Source: Camelus ferus (lineage: Eukaryota). Taken from it: 64,000 nucleotides of DNA. This document shows, piece after piece, positions 50,493-62,978 of this stretch; within the stretch, counting starts at the first letter, position 1; each line of letters begins with the position of its first letter. Where the stretch lies: positions 25,670,001 to 25,734,000 of the forward strand of contig NC_045697.1 in the NCBI RefSeq assembly GCF_009834535.1, written 5' to 3'. A model generated the notes under the pieces. That model worked only from the letters and a program-made list of their open reading frames with translations. It was not told the origin of the DNA and made no database searches. The position numbers and the translations under genes were made by a program.

Positions 50493-51039
50493 CTTGCGTG
50501 TGGTTTTAAATGACTGATTACCTTTTTTCAGTAGTCATCTTCCTAGAATGTGTATCTTCTCTTTAGAGTGGAAAGCTCAGGGTCCTGAAGGCTGTAACGT
50601 TAATATATCATGAGAAAGTAAAAATTGCTAGAGAGGTTACGTCAAGCCCCTGAACTCTGGAGAGACAGTGTTTTCTTGCCTCAGTATGAGGGTGTAATAC
50701 CTTCCACTTATTATGAGTGCTGTTGAGAATTTAAAACAAGGTGATTCATATACATGTGCCTAGAAAATGACCATATAAATTTAAGGCAGATGAAACCTTC
50801 CTAATGTTCAGATTCAAACTTTACAGGAATAATGATATTCAGTCTCCATTGTTTCTCAGCCTCAGGAATTGATCTCTGCGGTTACTGTTTGTTTTGTGTT
50901 TTCTACCTGATTCTGATCATGATCAAGTTTTCTTGTCCGAATAAGTTTCTAAACGGCATTGGGATTCCTAAGGGACTCTCTTCTTACAGATATAAGCAGA
51001 ATTGAACATTCCTCCCACAGCCATTCAGTTGATCTGTTA

Positions 51040-52340
51040 TGGTTTCTCTATCTTTAATAAATTCACTCTTGATCCCACATCTCTGGTTCTTATTATGAAC
51101 AATAGCATACCTCAGCACCTAGGGAGTTTTTGACACTTGCTGGATCTCATGACTCAATTCCTGTTTTTTTTTTTTTAAACCAATTCTGTTCATTTTTTTC
51201 CCCTGGGGGGTGATAATTAGATTGATTGATTTATTTTTAGAGGAGGTACTGGGGACGGAACCCAGGACCTTGTACATGCTAAACATACACTCTACCACTT
51301 GAGCTGTACCCTCCCCACTAAACCACTTCTATTCAGACTTTTACCCCGCCATTCCATTGGAACTGCTTCTGTCATGGTCAACAATGACTGCTGCATATCT
51401 AAATCTGACAGATAACTATTGTTGGTCATTTATTCATACTTGAATTTCTTCACTGGACTCTCAGGACAACCTTCTTATTGCCTATCTACAGTCTCTGTGC
51501 CAGAATCTACTTATATCTTCAACCTGTAAACACTTGAGGGCTCCATGGATTAGTCTTTGCACCTCTTCTCTCTTCTATCTACACTACTTTCTTCGTGGCT
51601 CATCAGCCTCTTTGTTCTACACACCACTGATATGTGGGCAACTACTGAATACATGTGTCCAGCCAGTATTTTGTGGACTCTTGTAACCAACTATCTGTCC
51701 TATGCTTCCACTCAGATGAATAACTTGAATTCCAACAGTATCACGTTCAGCATAAAATTCCTGGTGCTGTTGCCTCTTCTACCCTTCTTAGAAAATGGTA
51801 GCTGTCATTTTTCCAGTTTTCCAGGCCAAACATCTTGGATTCATTCTTGACCATTCTATTTCTCAGACATCTGGATATCATCCTTGTTAGTTCTAGCCTC
51901 AAAATAAAACCAGCATCAAGTCACTTATCATCTCTGCAGTTAACACCCATATCCAAACCATTACTATCTTTATAGCACCTGATTCACTTTCTTACTTGCA
52001 GATTCGCCTGCCTGTAATCTATTCTCAACAACAGTAGGGAGGGGAATTTTTCTAAAATGTAGGTCATATATATACCACTAGCCTATGCAAAACCCTTAAG
52101 TAGCTTTACATTCAGAGTGAAAGACAATATCCTGTAATGGTATGCAAAGCTCTATGTGATCTGACCCCCCCACCCCCACCCTACCGTTACTTCTCTAAGA
52201 GCTCATTGCTGACTGCTCTTCAATTATTCATTCTGTTCTAGTCACACTGGCCTCCTTGCTATTCCTCTAATATGCTAAGTTCACTTCTGCCTCAGAACAC
52301 TCATACTTGCTATAAGCTGTGCTTAGAATCCTCTTCTAGA
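51040..52340 (+). mobile_element. L2 ORF2/3' region, interrupted by a SINE
   Basis: CAGACTTTTACCCCGCCATTCCATTGGAACTGCTTCTGTCATGGTCAACAATGAC (cf. L2 RT SGFRPHHSTETALVKVTND); later CACACTGGCCTCCTTGCTATTCCTC. Confidence 0.75.
51193..51318 (-). mobile_element. tRNA-derived SINE (same family as 21175)
   Basis: Minus strand reads GGGGAGGGTACAGCTCAAGTGGTAGAGTG...GGTTCCGTCCCCAGTACCTCC; 17-bp TSD TAAACCAATTCTGTTCA (51176-51192) / TAAACCACTTCTATTCA (51319-51335). Confidence 0.92.
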
Positions 52341-52373
52341 GTTTTTTTACAGATCACACATCCATTTCCCATG

Positions 52374-52564
52374 GGGAATCAACCTTTGGATTCAGACGGG
52401 AACCACACCATTGGCTCTCCTGGGTCTCCAGCTTGCAGACTATAGACCTTGGGACTTCTCAGTCTCTATAATAATGTGAGTCAATTCCTTGAAATAAATC
52501 GTGCATGCGTGTGTGTGTGTATTCTTTTGGGGCTCTGTTTTGCTGGAAAGCTCTGACTAATATA
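52374..52564 (+). mobile_element. MLT2 LTR 3' half
   Basis: CACCATTGGCTCTCCTGGGTCTCCAGCTTGCAGAC...GTGAGTCAATTCCTTGAAATAAATC...CTCTGACTAATATA. Confidence 0.85.
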
Positions 52565-53097
52565 ACCGACAAAAGAATTTACTGTTTCTTCCAGCCAAAA
52601 CCTGGCTATAGGCTCCTTGAGCTTCCTTTTTTAAGAGCAGTTACTTTAGAAAACTTGTAACTATAAATCCCTTCTCTGTCCCTTAGAGACGTATATCTTC
52701 TACTACGCAGAAATTTCTCCTTAAGAACTTAACAACCAGCTCTTTGAAATGTGAACACCCAGGAGACAGCTCGCCTGTCTCCCCGTTCCTGTGGGACAGT
52801 AGGAGCCTAACCTTGGTGGGTGCCTTATCCAATCTACAAAATGACCTCATATCCTAAAGGTATGAAAAGTTTGCCTCTCCTTCAGGTAAGTGTCAATTAA
52901 CAAGCTCAGGTGGCCTAATCACATTGACAAACAAATGCCCTTCAATAATTTCCCCTTAGCAGACCTAGCATTTTAAAAGCTTTCTATCTTTTGTTTTGGT
53001 CTAGTTAAGCGCAGTCTCTCTTCCATACTGTAATAGTCTGAATAAAATCTGTCTTGCAATCTTTAAACAGTGTCTGGTGAATGATTTCTCTTTGACA
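52565..53097 (+). mobile_element. MER34/MER39-like ERV1 LTR (5' part missing)
   Basis: TTTAGAAAACTTGTAA...CTTTGAAATGT...GTAGGAGCCTAAC...GAATAAAATCTGTCTTG...TTTCTCTTTGACA. Confidence 0.7.
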
Positions 53098-53299
53098 CTA
53101 CTCTACTCTGTCACTCTATAGAAAAGAAACTGACCTTGGATATATGGTTAGGAACACAAAGGGTAATACAAACTGATTTAAGGATATTTTATTCCTGTTT
53201 GTTGAACCTGGGACCCCACACTTTTATTTTTTTAATGTGCTCCACAATGTATGCAGATGGTCCTGGTAGTAGTAGTTAATAGTAATAGTAGTAGCAGCA

Positions 53300-54270
53300 A
53301 AGGCTAACATTTATTAAGCAGTTGCTCTGGACCAAGTTCTGGTTTAAGTGTTCTATGTGTATCAATTTATTTAATCTCCTAACAGTGATAAGACACTATG
53401 CTAATACAAATCCTTTTCGATAGTTGAAAAACTGAGACAACAGAGAAGTTCCGTAATCTAAGAATTAAAACCGATGTAGGGAAGTTATAGTGAAAAACAG
53501 AATGGAAATAACACATGCAAAAGACAGGATGGAAATAGAGTCAAAAGGAAATAATGAAGGCTTAGCCTGAAGAAAGGATTTCACATCAAGTTTGTTTTCC
53601 TGTTTTTGTTTTGTTTTCATTTTGCTTTGCTTTTGAGCAAGGAGATTAGGTACATTGTTGAATATTAACTGAGATGGTCTTGAGGAATAGGATAATAAGT
53701 TTAGCTTTAGTTAAACTGAGTTTATATGAAGATATCTAACAGATAATTGGAAATACAGATCAGTTGCTCAAGAGAAAATTGGAAGAACCCAGTAAGATGA
53801 TATTTGATAAGAATGTACCAGATTGACATATAGGAAAGACAGCTGAAGAAAAGACTTAAACAAGGTCTTGTTATAAATCCTGGAAAAAGAGGAGGCAGAA
53901 GTGGGGTCTGAGAAATGCTCTTTCTTCTGCAGTGTCATTTAACTCCAGAGAGGAGAGAGGTTAAGTAAGCAAATTTTCAAGAGTTCTAAGTGTTGCAGAG
54001 AGCTCAAGGTGGGATGAGGAATTACTGAGAACAAAATACTGGAGTTAAGCATAAACACTGGCGACTATCAAGAGAGCAGTTTCAGTGCAATGAGAGGCAG
54101 GAGCCAGATTGCAAATGTTTACAAAGGGAATTGTTGGTAAGAAAGTGAGGATTGTTTGTTCTTTTCAGATGTTCGAATTGAGAGGAGAAAGGAATAGAAT
54201 GGTGGAAAAATAGAGCCAAGGAAATGGGTTTTAAGGTCAGAGAGGTTTGCCTTCTTTAAAAGATAAAGAG
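53300..54270 (-). mobile_element. MIR (about 53300-53460) followed by L2 remnants (about 53680-54270)
   Basis: GCTAACATTTATTAAGCAG...TTTAATCTCCTAAC...GAAAAACTGAGAC (MIR); GAGAGCAGTTTCAGTG...GCAGGAGCCAGATTGCA (L2). Confidence 0.6.
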
Positions 54271-57200
54271 ACAGAAAGAGTTGAGAAAGAGACAAAGCAT
54301 TAATTATGGGGAACTGTTTCTTTCACCCACCTTATTGCAATTTTGGATCCATTTTTCATTGTGTTTATGTATTAAGTGTGTTGTGTTTTGCCACTTCCAA
54401 GCAAGTAATCTTAGCAATAGACTTTGTCTCTCTGTATCTTATTTTCCGTCTATACAATTAGAATAACCCAAATAGTCTTTGTCTGGCCTGCCCTATGGGT
54501 TTAGTCACTCAGAGAGTCCAAACTAATTTGTAAAACAGATTATGACATGCATAAGTAAGGATTAAAAACTAAAATATAACTATATAGAAAGTTTAAATTT
54601 TGTTGTTGTTTTTACTGCTTGTTTCCTGCTCTTTGGAAGAATTCCAAGGAGAGTCATGAGACTTGTCTTTGCTGCTCCCATAAAAGGACCTGCCTGAAGC
54701 TCAGCCTGAACTGCTTCTAGCTATAGATCCAAGCTTGCTGTTTTTCTATTCAACTGGGTCTACAAACTAAAACTGTAATGGTAGAAACTAAGCAAAATTG
54801 CCAGTGAGATATGTATTGGTCAATTCTAACGAAAATAACTTGCTCACCATTGTTCCTTTATGTGTAGCAACTGACATATTTATCTCTTCATTTCCATTAC
54901 TCAGGAATCCATTCTGTTCCTTAAAGTTAGTGTGCTCTGGTTATCGTATGATTATGTGTGGCATTAATTTTCCTCCCTGCTACATTCCCTTTTTACAAGC
55001 TGTAAGCATCATAAACTTGGAAGATTTTATTGGAAAGTCAAGGTGGCAGAGTTATGGAAATGACTCAGAAATGATGCTTCCCTGCCGCAACAATGTTGAT
55101 TTACTTGTAATGCTAAACACACTCCACTAAGTCATACACAGCTCTTGGGCTAATTAGCTCAGTGACTTATCCGCCCACATGCTCTGCTGATTCTGATACA
55201 TTAAAACATTTTATTAGCCTGCAAGGTCAGGAAATCTTACTGCAGGGGTAGTGTTTCTAAAAATTTAATAGCAATAGCCTGATGTTAGTTCCTTTGCATC
55301 TATAGATTGGTAATAAATCCTCAAAGATGAATAAACTCATACACTTATTTTTCAGAACTCCTTTTCACACAAAAGCCTCAACAAATATTGAAATGTTTAA
55401 AAGGGAATAATCATTCACAAGGTCACATAATTAATTTTTCACATGCTGACAAATAAATTCAGTTGTCTAAAAACTTAGAATGATGCACCATTGTTCATTT
55501 ACATGTACAAATTGACATATTTGCATCATTTGGGGTAGAAAAGAACTCAAGAAAGGGTATGGGTGATTCAAATACCACAAATCGAGGTTCTGCTACAAAC
55601 CTCACTGTGTAACCTTGATATATCATTCTCAGCATCAGTTTTGGGGGCTGTAAAATGATGAGATGAAATCAGATGACCACTAAACACTCATGTAGCTCAA
55701 AAACACCATGCTCCGTGCCAAACAACATACACCCAGAATCTCAGCATATACATAAATGAAATGTGGACAAATTAGAGCTTTTACATATGTGTGGGGAAAA
55801 GTACTTTTAAACACAGTTGCCATCTGAGTTAAAATGAGAAAATCAATAAACATTTCATTCAAGACAAAAAACACGTTCAAGCTTTCTTGCCATACTTAAG
55901 ACAAGGCATCTTGTGACTTTGAACTTTACTTTCTAGTTAGAAGCAAATCTCCCTTCTTCTTTCAAGATGGCAGGTGCATTTTACCTACCAAATCATCTGG
56001 TCATTAAAAATCATTTTTCATGATTTCACGTGAGATTTTCAGTTGGAAAGAAGGAGCTCTGTTCCACTTAGACAGTGTGATATCTGTACTATATCTCTGT
56101 TAAGCCCCAGAGTTTTATTAATCCCAATCCTTTTCATGTGCATTTTACTTGCTAAACTAAAGTTGTGTAGCGCACAGACGGTTAATATCCATTATACCTT
56201 CTTAAACTTTAGCTGAATTTCTTGAAGCCACAATGAAGAGTTATTTTTAAGCTCATATGAAAGGGGAAAAAATCTTCCATTGAGTTAGATTTATGAAGAC
56301 TGAGGGAGTCATCTAGCTACACAATCATCAGGTGAGTAAAACATTAAGAATAACAAAATGAACATATTGATATCAGAATATTTTTTTATTAATATTCCAG
56401 TGAATTAGAAGGGGATTGCAAGTAATTATCTAGACCAAAAAAAAAAAAAAGTCACTTTTTACCTGAGTAATTTATAGAATAAATGCATTTTCAGATGAAA
56501 TGGAGGCACTCAAGCTTGGTATCAGTTGTATGCCTACAAAAACTCAGCCCCTGTTTAGATGCCCTTGAAGCAAGCTCCTTGGGTATCCGTTTGCAGAGAG
56601 ACCATAATATTTTCACGAAAAAAGAAAAGAGGATCCGAATCTGCATGCTTTGTCCAAAGACAGATGATCAGCAGAGAGATTTTTATAAAGATTAACCTCT
56701 GGCCTAAGGCCTTTTCCGTCCCCAGGAACTCAGCTCAAATTCTGGTACACGGATAAGATTGAAAAAAAAAAAAATTGTGTCTCTTTCTATGTTACTAAAA
56801 TATGTTTTTTAAAACATATAAAACAGGAAGAGGGGACTAATACTGAACTGCACACTTCAGAGCAGTTACTTTTAGGTCATTTTGAACATTCACCAATGTA
56901 TAGGAGGACAGATTGTTAGAAAGTAAATGTAACAACCTCCCTGAGATCTTCTGAAATTGGTTAGGAGCCAATCAGAGTTTCTGAACTTCTATTGATTTAC
57001 AATTACAAATGGAAACAGGGATGGTCTCTTATTATCAATAATGTAAACTTGTTTCTGTCCAGGCTGGTTGGGACTGGTGAAACATTGGCTCTACTTGGAA
57101 AGAAAAAAAAATCGAAGAAAATATAACATGTACATTGAAGTCTTTCTGCTGCCAGCTAGGAGAGATGCCCCAAAATGGGGTATGAAATGAATCTGTATTG

Positions 57201-58192
57201 TTTATTTCAACAGAAATCAGAAAGCCCTGAGTTATTTTCCAACTTGGAAAATGATAGGATTACTCTCATGTAAGACGGAATGGTTTCAGAGAAGGAATAT
57301 ATATATGCATATTCCTTTGAAAGCATTATGCTTTTTGGTCTCTATGCAGAAAATATGTAGCTAAACTGCTTCAGTTTCTGGGGCCACCAAATGAGACATA
57401 CAGAGATCAAACACTTCATATTAACTCGGCTTTCATGCTCTAGCCTGTGTAAGTTCAGGTTCATAGGGCTGTGAAGGGGAAATATGTCATTAACAAGAAG
57501 GTAGCGGTGGGTCACATGAATATGTAAACGTCTGGCCTATTGCAACCTTCAATTCTGAATTTAAATCACCTTTGAAAACAGGAAATATGAACATAAGTGA
57601 GTATAGACCATAAGAATAAATGCTGCATTAAATACTTAGTCAAAAAGGAAATAAAACTCCTTCAGGCAGGTAAAAATATACAAGTTCAAAACTAAGCACT
57701 AACCGTCAGTCTAGATTTCCACAACCTTCATCACCTTTCTGGTAGTGACCCACGCTTTGCCGCAACCCCTTAGCAAGGTAATAGACATGAGCTAAGGAAA
57801 ATTACTACATTTTTTATTGCTCTTCACTTTGGCTAAGTAATTTGTCTGGTAATAATGTAATAATATATTATAATATTTAAAAGTACTTTTTCTACCTCTA
57901 ACAGCATGTGGAGTCCTATACTCATACTTATCTAGCAATGACAAATAAAAAAACTTAATATTTGTTCTTGAAGGCAGAACTGCAGCTGGTTGGAAGAAGG
58001 GTCTAATCCAAAAATTCTGGTGCCTATTGTTTATTAATTCACTAATTCACTCACTCAGTAATTATTAGTGAGCTCAATGATGTGTCCTAAACAGCACCAT
58101 GGACACAAATATATAAAAAAATCTTGACCTATGCCCTCAAGGAGTTCAGAGTTTAATCTTTTAGCCATCCACTTGTACAAAGAAGAAAAATA

Positions 58193-58858
58193 ATGTGTAT
58201 GAGAAAAGTAGTGACACAAAAGAGGAAGATGTCTCTCCAAGATAGAAGGAGAGAAGTGGGCTGGATTCCTAAGCCAAATCAAATATGCTTTGCTCAGCCA
58301 CCTGCTGCGACCTCAGTCACTTCTACCCAGTACTTGAAGAAGAGACATATGTCCGCACAATGCCCATTTACTGCTAAGGAGTTTTGCCCGCCTCTCAAGC
58401 ACCCCTGTGGAACTCTTGATTCCGGTGAAGTTTTGAACCACAGGGAGCTGCAAGGCTTCCTTCTGCCCAAAGGAGACAGAACTATGAGAAGTAAACTCTA
58501 CATTCACTACTCTGTGACCAGGAGAAAACAATTGAAAGAGCAACAACCTAACTGCTGTTCCTATTTCACGTCTCACTTGAATGCATATAATGGAATTGAT
58601 GAAGCCAAATTTGCATTCAGAATCCTAGCCGCCAAAATAGATGATTTTAATTTTTCAGCATTTGCAGTAGAAGGAGAATGGAATGGACATTTAGATAACC
58701 ATTACCCAGCATCCACTAGAGAAAACAAACCCCCCCAAAAATGTCAAGGAAAGTTCAGAGCCTTTTCCCTCTTCTTTCTTCATACCTCAAGCACTTTTTT
58801 CTCTCTTTTAAAACGTGGTCAGAGTCTTCTCTTGTCTTTGACAAACCCCTGTCAGTAG
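58193..58858 (+). other. 221-codon orphan ORF, no recognisable homology (coding status unsupported)
   Basis: Longest ORF in the track; no domain or splice structure recognised. It starts at the edge of an L2-like fragment (about 58030-58200). Confidence 0.12.
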
Positions 58859-59162
58859 CCTTCCTCCACAAGAGCAGTGTGTTCTGGGGCTGAGGGTTGG
58901 GAGGTAAAATCAGAAAATGTGAACGACTTGATTTCCCACTGGTGGTGTGCTTCTCAGCCTTTCCTTTAAATCTGAAACTTTTCTTTAAAGTTGGAAAGAC
59001 TTAAAAATACCATTACCTCCCTCTGTCCAATCCCATTGTTTAATTTGTTTAGTATGCTTTCTGTGGTTGGGGACGTGTCACCAAAGCATTTATGTAGAAA
59101 GAAGTCCTTTTGCAATTTCAAATTGCCTCCTTGCCATTCTACCAGTAAAAGTGAGTGCTAAC

Positions 59163-60650
59163 GCAACACCCATTCATGATAAAAATTCTCAGTAAACTGG
59201 GAATCAAGGGAAATTTCTTCAGCTTCATAAAAACTAACTACAAAAAACCCCACAGATAAAATCATACTTAATTTGAAGAAACTTGAAGCTTTCCCACTAA
59301 GATCAGGTACAAGGATAGGATGTCCCCCATCACTAATACTGCTTTTCAGCATTGTACTACAAGTCTTCGCTAATGCCATAAGGCAAAAAAGGGAAATAAA
59401 AATTATACATATTTGGAAGGAAGATATAAAAATGTGTTTGTTCACAGATGGCATGATCACCCAATCTAGAAAATCTGAAAGGATTAAAAAAAAATCTCCT
59501 GAAATTAATAAGCAAGGATAATGAGATTCCAGGATACAAAGTTAACATGCAAAAGTCAATTCTCTTTCTATAAACCAGTAAGAGAGTTAAAAGACAAGCC
59601 ACAGACTGGGAGAAAATATCTGCAAAAGACACATCTGATAAAGGATTGTTATCCAAAATATATAAAGAACTCTTAAAACTCAACTATAAGAAAGCAAAAA
59701 GCTCAATTTAAAAACGGGCCAAGAACCTTAACAAATACCTCACTAAAGAAGATTTGCAGTTGCCAAATAAGCCTATGAAAGGATGTTCCACATCATTATG
59801 TCATCAGGGAAATGCAGATTAAAACAAGGAGCTACCACATCACACCTATTAGAATGGCCAGAATCTGCAACACTGACAACACCAAATACTGGTGAGAATG
59901 TGGAGCAATAGGAGCTCTCATGCCTTCCTGGTGGGAATGCAAAATGGTGTAGCCACTTTGGGAGACAGTTTGGTTTTTTTCTTCCAAAACTAAACATTTA
60001 TGAATGCATCCAGCAATCATACTCCTTGTTATTTACCCAAAGGAATTGAAAAGCTATGTCCACACAAAAACTACACACAGAGGTTTACAGCAGTTTTATT
60101 CATAATTGCCAAAACTTGGAAGCAACCAAGATGTCCCTGAGTGATGACTGAATAAATAAACTTTTGGTACATCCAGAGAATGGAATATTATTCAGCAGTA
60201 AGAAGTGACCTCAAGCCATGAAGACATAGAAGAAATTTAAATACATATTACTAAGTGGAAGAAGGCAATCTGAAAATCCTGCATACTGTACAATTCTGAC
60301 TATATGACATTCTGTAAAAGACAAAACTATGGAGACAATAAAATGATCAGTGGTTGCCAGGGATGAGGAAGATAAGGGAGAAAAGAATAGGTAGAGCACA
60401 GAGGCTTTTTAGGGCAATGAAAATGGTCTGTATGATGAGTTATGTCCTTATACAATTGTACAAACCCATGGAATATACAACAAGAGTGAACCCTAAGGAC
60501 TTCAGGTGAATATGATGTGTCAGTGTTGGTACATCCTTGGTTACAAATCTGCTGGTGGTGGAGGAGGATATGTATGTGTAGGGCCAGAGAGTACATGAGA
60601 TATCTTTGTAACTTCCTCTCAATTTCACTGTGAACATAAAACTGCTCTAA
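59163..60650 (+). mobile_element. L1 (L1MC1-like) with internal deletion: RT fragment joined to ORF2 C-terminus and 3' UTR
   Basis: [18 protein letters not shown]...LFTDGMI (decayed FADDMI); jump near 59580 to VKRQATDWEKISAK; 3' UTR CAAACCCATGGAATATACAACAAGAGTGAACCCTAA...AAAACTGCTCTAAA. Confidence 0.9.
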
Positions 60651-60817
60651 ACCATATTCAGTATCTTGCAGTAACCGATGATGAAGAAAAATATGAGAAT
60701 GAACATATGTATGTTCCTATGTGACTGAAGGATCGTGCTGTACACCAGAGATTGATACAACATTGCAAACTGACTGTACTTCAATAAAAATATATTTAAA
60801 AATACAATCTTAAAAAA
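60651..60817 (+). mobile_element. Short younger L1 3' end placed at the tail of the older L1
   Basis: ATATTCAGTATCTTGCAGTAACC...GACTGAAGGATCGTGCTGTACACCAGAGATTGATACAACATTG...CTTCAATAAAAA. Confidence 0.85.
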
Positions 60818-62304
60818 AGTTACTGCTATTAAAATACCTGATTACCTTTATGAAGAGGGATCTAGTCTGCCTAAATTAAGGAAAACTGGAGAACGTTAAG
60901 TGAGCGGGCTCATGGAGAGGCTAGGCACTTGAAGTAAGAGCTGTTTAACTACTTACTGGTCGAATGAATGGGTAGTGAAATTCGAGTTTGTATTATAGTG
61001 ATGGAGTATGAATTTCTTTATATTTTTCAGTACTTAATATATGTATTTTTGACTGTTTTTCAGCTTCTGACACTGTGCCCAGCATGTGATTAACACTTAA
61101 TGAAAATGAGCTAAATAACACAATGCCTATGTGAATGACCAGTGGCATCAAGAACCAGTTTATCCTACTTATAGGAGTAGAAATAAGATCCTGCCTTTGA
61201 GGTTCAAGGATGGAATACTAAAGTCTTCTTGGTGTGTTTTGACCAATTCTCTCTTTCAGTGTCTCCAGGTGCCTGTCACTCTGAAGTTAAGGTGACAGAG
61301 ATCACTCGTTAAGGTAGGGTAACTATTGCTAAGAAACAAAAACAAAATAAACAAAAAACAAAAAACAAAAAACAAAACCTAACTAAAAAGTTACTTGCTA
61401 AGATGTGAAAAATAATTGAGAATTGGAAATAGGTGGTTTTACAGTTGATGTTCTTACTAAATATTTAATAGCAATATACAGAAAATGAATTAAGCTAGCT
61501 TCAAGAAATGACTTAAATACATCCATTTATATCTTATAATCTGTAGCAGTGGAGGAGTGATATAAATTTAAAAGTAAAAATTAAAGGATTGCATCCCTCT
61601 AGAAAACTGAAAAATATGTTTCTTCAATCCTCTAAAAGCAAAACAGACAAAACACTAAAAACATACTGCAGAAAAATGTTCTATCAGCTTGACTTAAATC
61701 AGTCTAATTTTTTAAGTTATATTTTAGTTTTCCTCTAGCTGTCTCACTCATTAATATATTTTATCTTTGTTTATGTTTGGTATTACCGACATCATTTTTT
61801 ACAGTAAAGTTTTTAATAAGCATAATAAACAAACAATACATTCTAATATCATTTTCCAAATCCATTAGAAATAATCAGAAAACTAGAAGTAGAAGTCAAA
61901 TTTTACTAATAGAAAATGTGAGGCAAGAAAAGTTAGTACATTCAATGAAGAATTTTATAAATAAACTGAGCATGAAATGAAAACAATAATGAAGCTGACA
62001 ATGTCACTCTAAAAGAAGTAGCAGATAACATGTCTGGTTATAAAACACTATCACAAGATGTATTTTTGCCTTACAATATTTCAGGGTTTTCCTACCAAAA
62101 GAAAATCAAAGTGAGTGAAATTTAAACATCTGATTTCCATTATGTCCTTGATTTTATGAAATATTTTGTATCAATGCAATGAGACTATAATATATCCTTC
62201 AGATTTTTCCACTGGATAAAAACATATTCAGGACTTTGCTTGCCTTAAAAGAAGCAAGTCACAAATATTATTCATTTTATTTTATAGTTTAAGTCCTCTA
62301 GGTA

Positions 62305-62978
62305 CACAGTGCTAGAAGTCTTAACCTGGAATTTATGTGCCATTTATGAGTTTCCAGGATTCAATGAAATCCTGAAATTAGTTGGAATGATTTATGTGCA
62401 TATGCATATGTGCTTATTTTAAGGGAAAAGATAAAAATTTCATTGATCACTAAATGTATCTATATTAGTCAGAGAAATAGAACCAACAGGATTATATATA
62501 TATATACACACACACATATAAAAGTATAATATGAAAAATTGATTCATATAATTATGAAGAATGAGAAATTTCACAATCTGCCACGTGCAAGCTGGAAACC
62601 CAGAAAAGTTGGTGGTGTAGTTTAGTCCAAGTCCAAAGGCCTGAAAACTAGTGAGCCAATGGTTCTAATCCAAGGACTGAAGAAGACCTATGTCCTAGCT
62701 CTGTCAGGCAGAGAGAAAGAGTTCACACTTTTTCTTCTTTTTTGTTTTATTCAAGCCTTAAGCAGATGGGACGATGACCACCCATACTGGGAAGAGCAAT
62801 CTACTTTACTCAGTCCACTAATCCAAAGGCTAATCTCTTCCAGAAAGGCCTTTACAAACATACCCAGAAATCATGTTCTGCCAGCTATCTGGGCGTGTCT
62901 TGGCCTAATCAAGTTGACATGGAAAATTATTTGTCACATTGCAATGTCTATGACCCCAAAACTACTAAGAATCATTGA
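62305..62978 (+). mobile_element. MER103C-like hAT DNA transposon split by an MLT2 insertion
   Basis: CTTAACCTGG...CCTGAAATT...GTGCATATGCATATGTGC...TTTCAT on the left and CTATGACCCCAAAACTACTAAGAATCATTG on the right. Confidence 0.55.
62461..62938 (-). mobile_element. MLT2 (ERVL) LTR
   Basis: TATATTAGTC..AGAGAAATAGAACCAACAGGA...GCAAGCTGGAAACCCAG...TCAAGTTGACATGGAAAATTATTTGTCACA. Confidence 0.88.

Noticed and set aside
57292..57317. Short palindrome AAGGAATAT...ATATTCCTT
   Set aside because: Only 9-bp AT-rich arms around a (TA)n tract; expected by chance.
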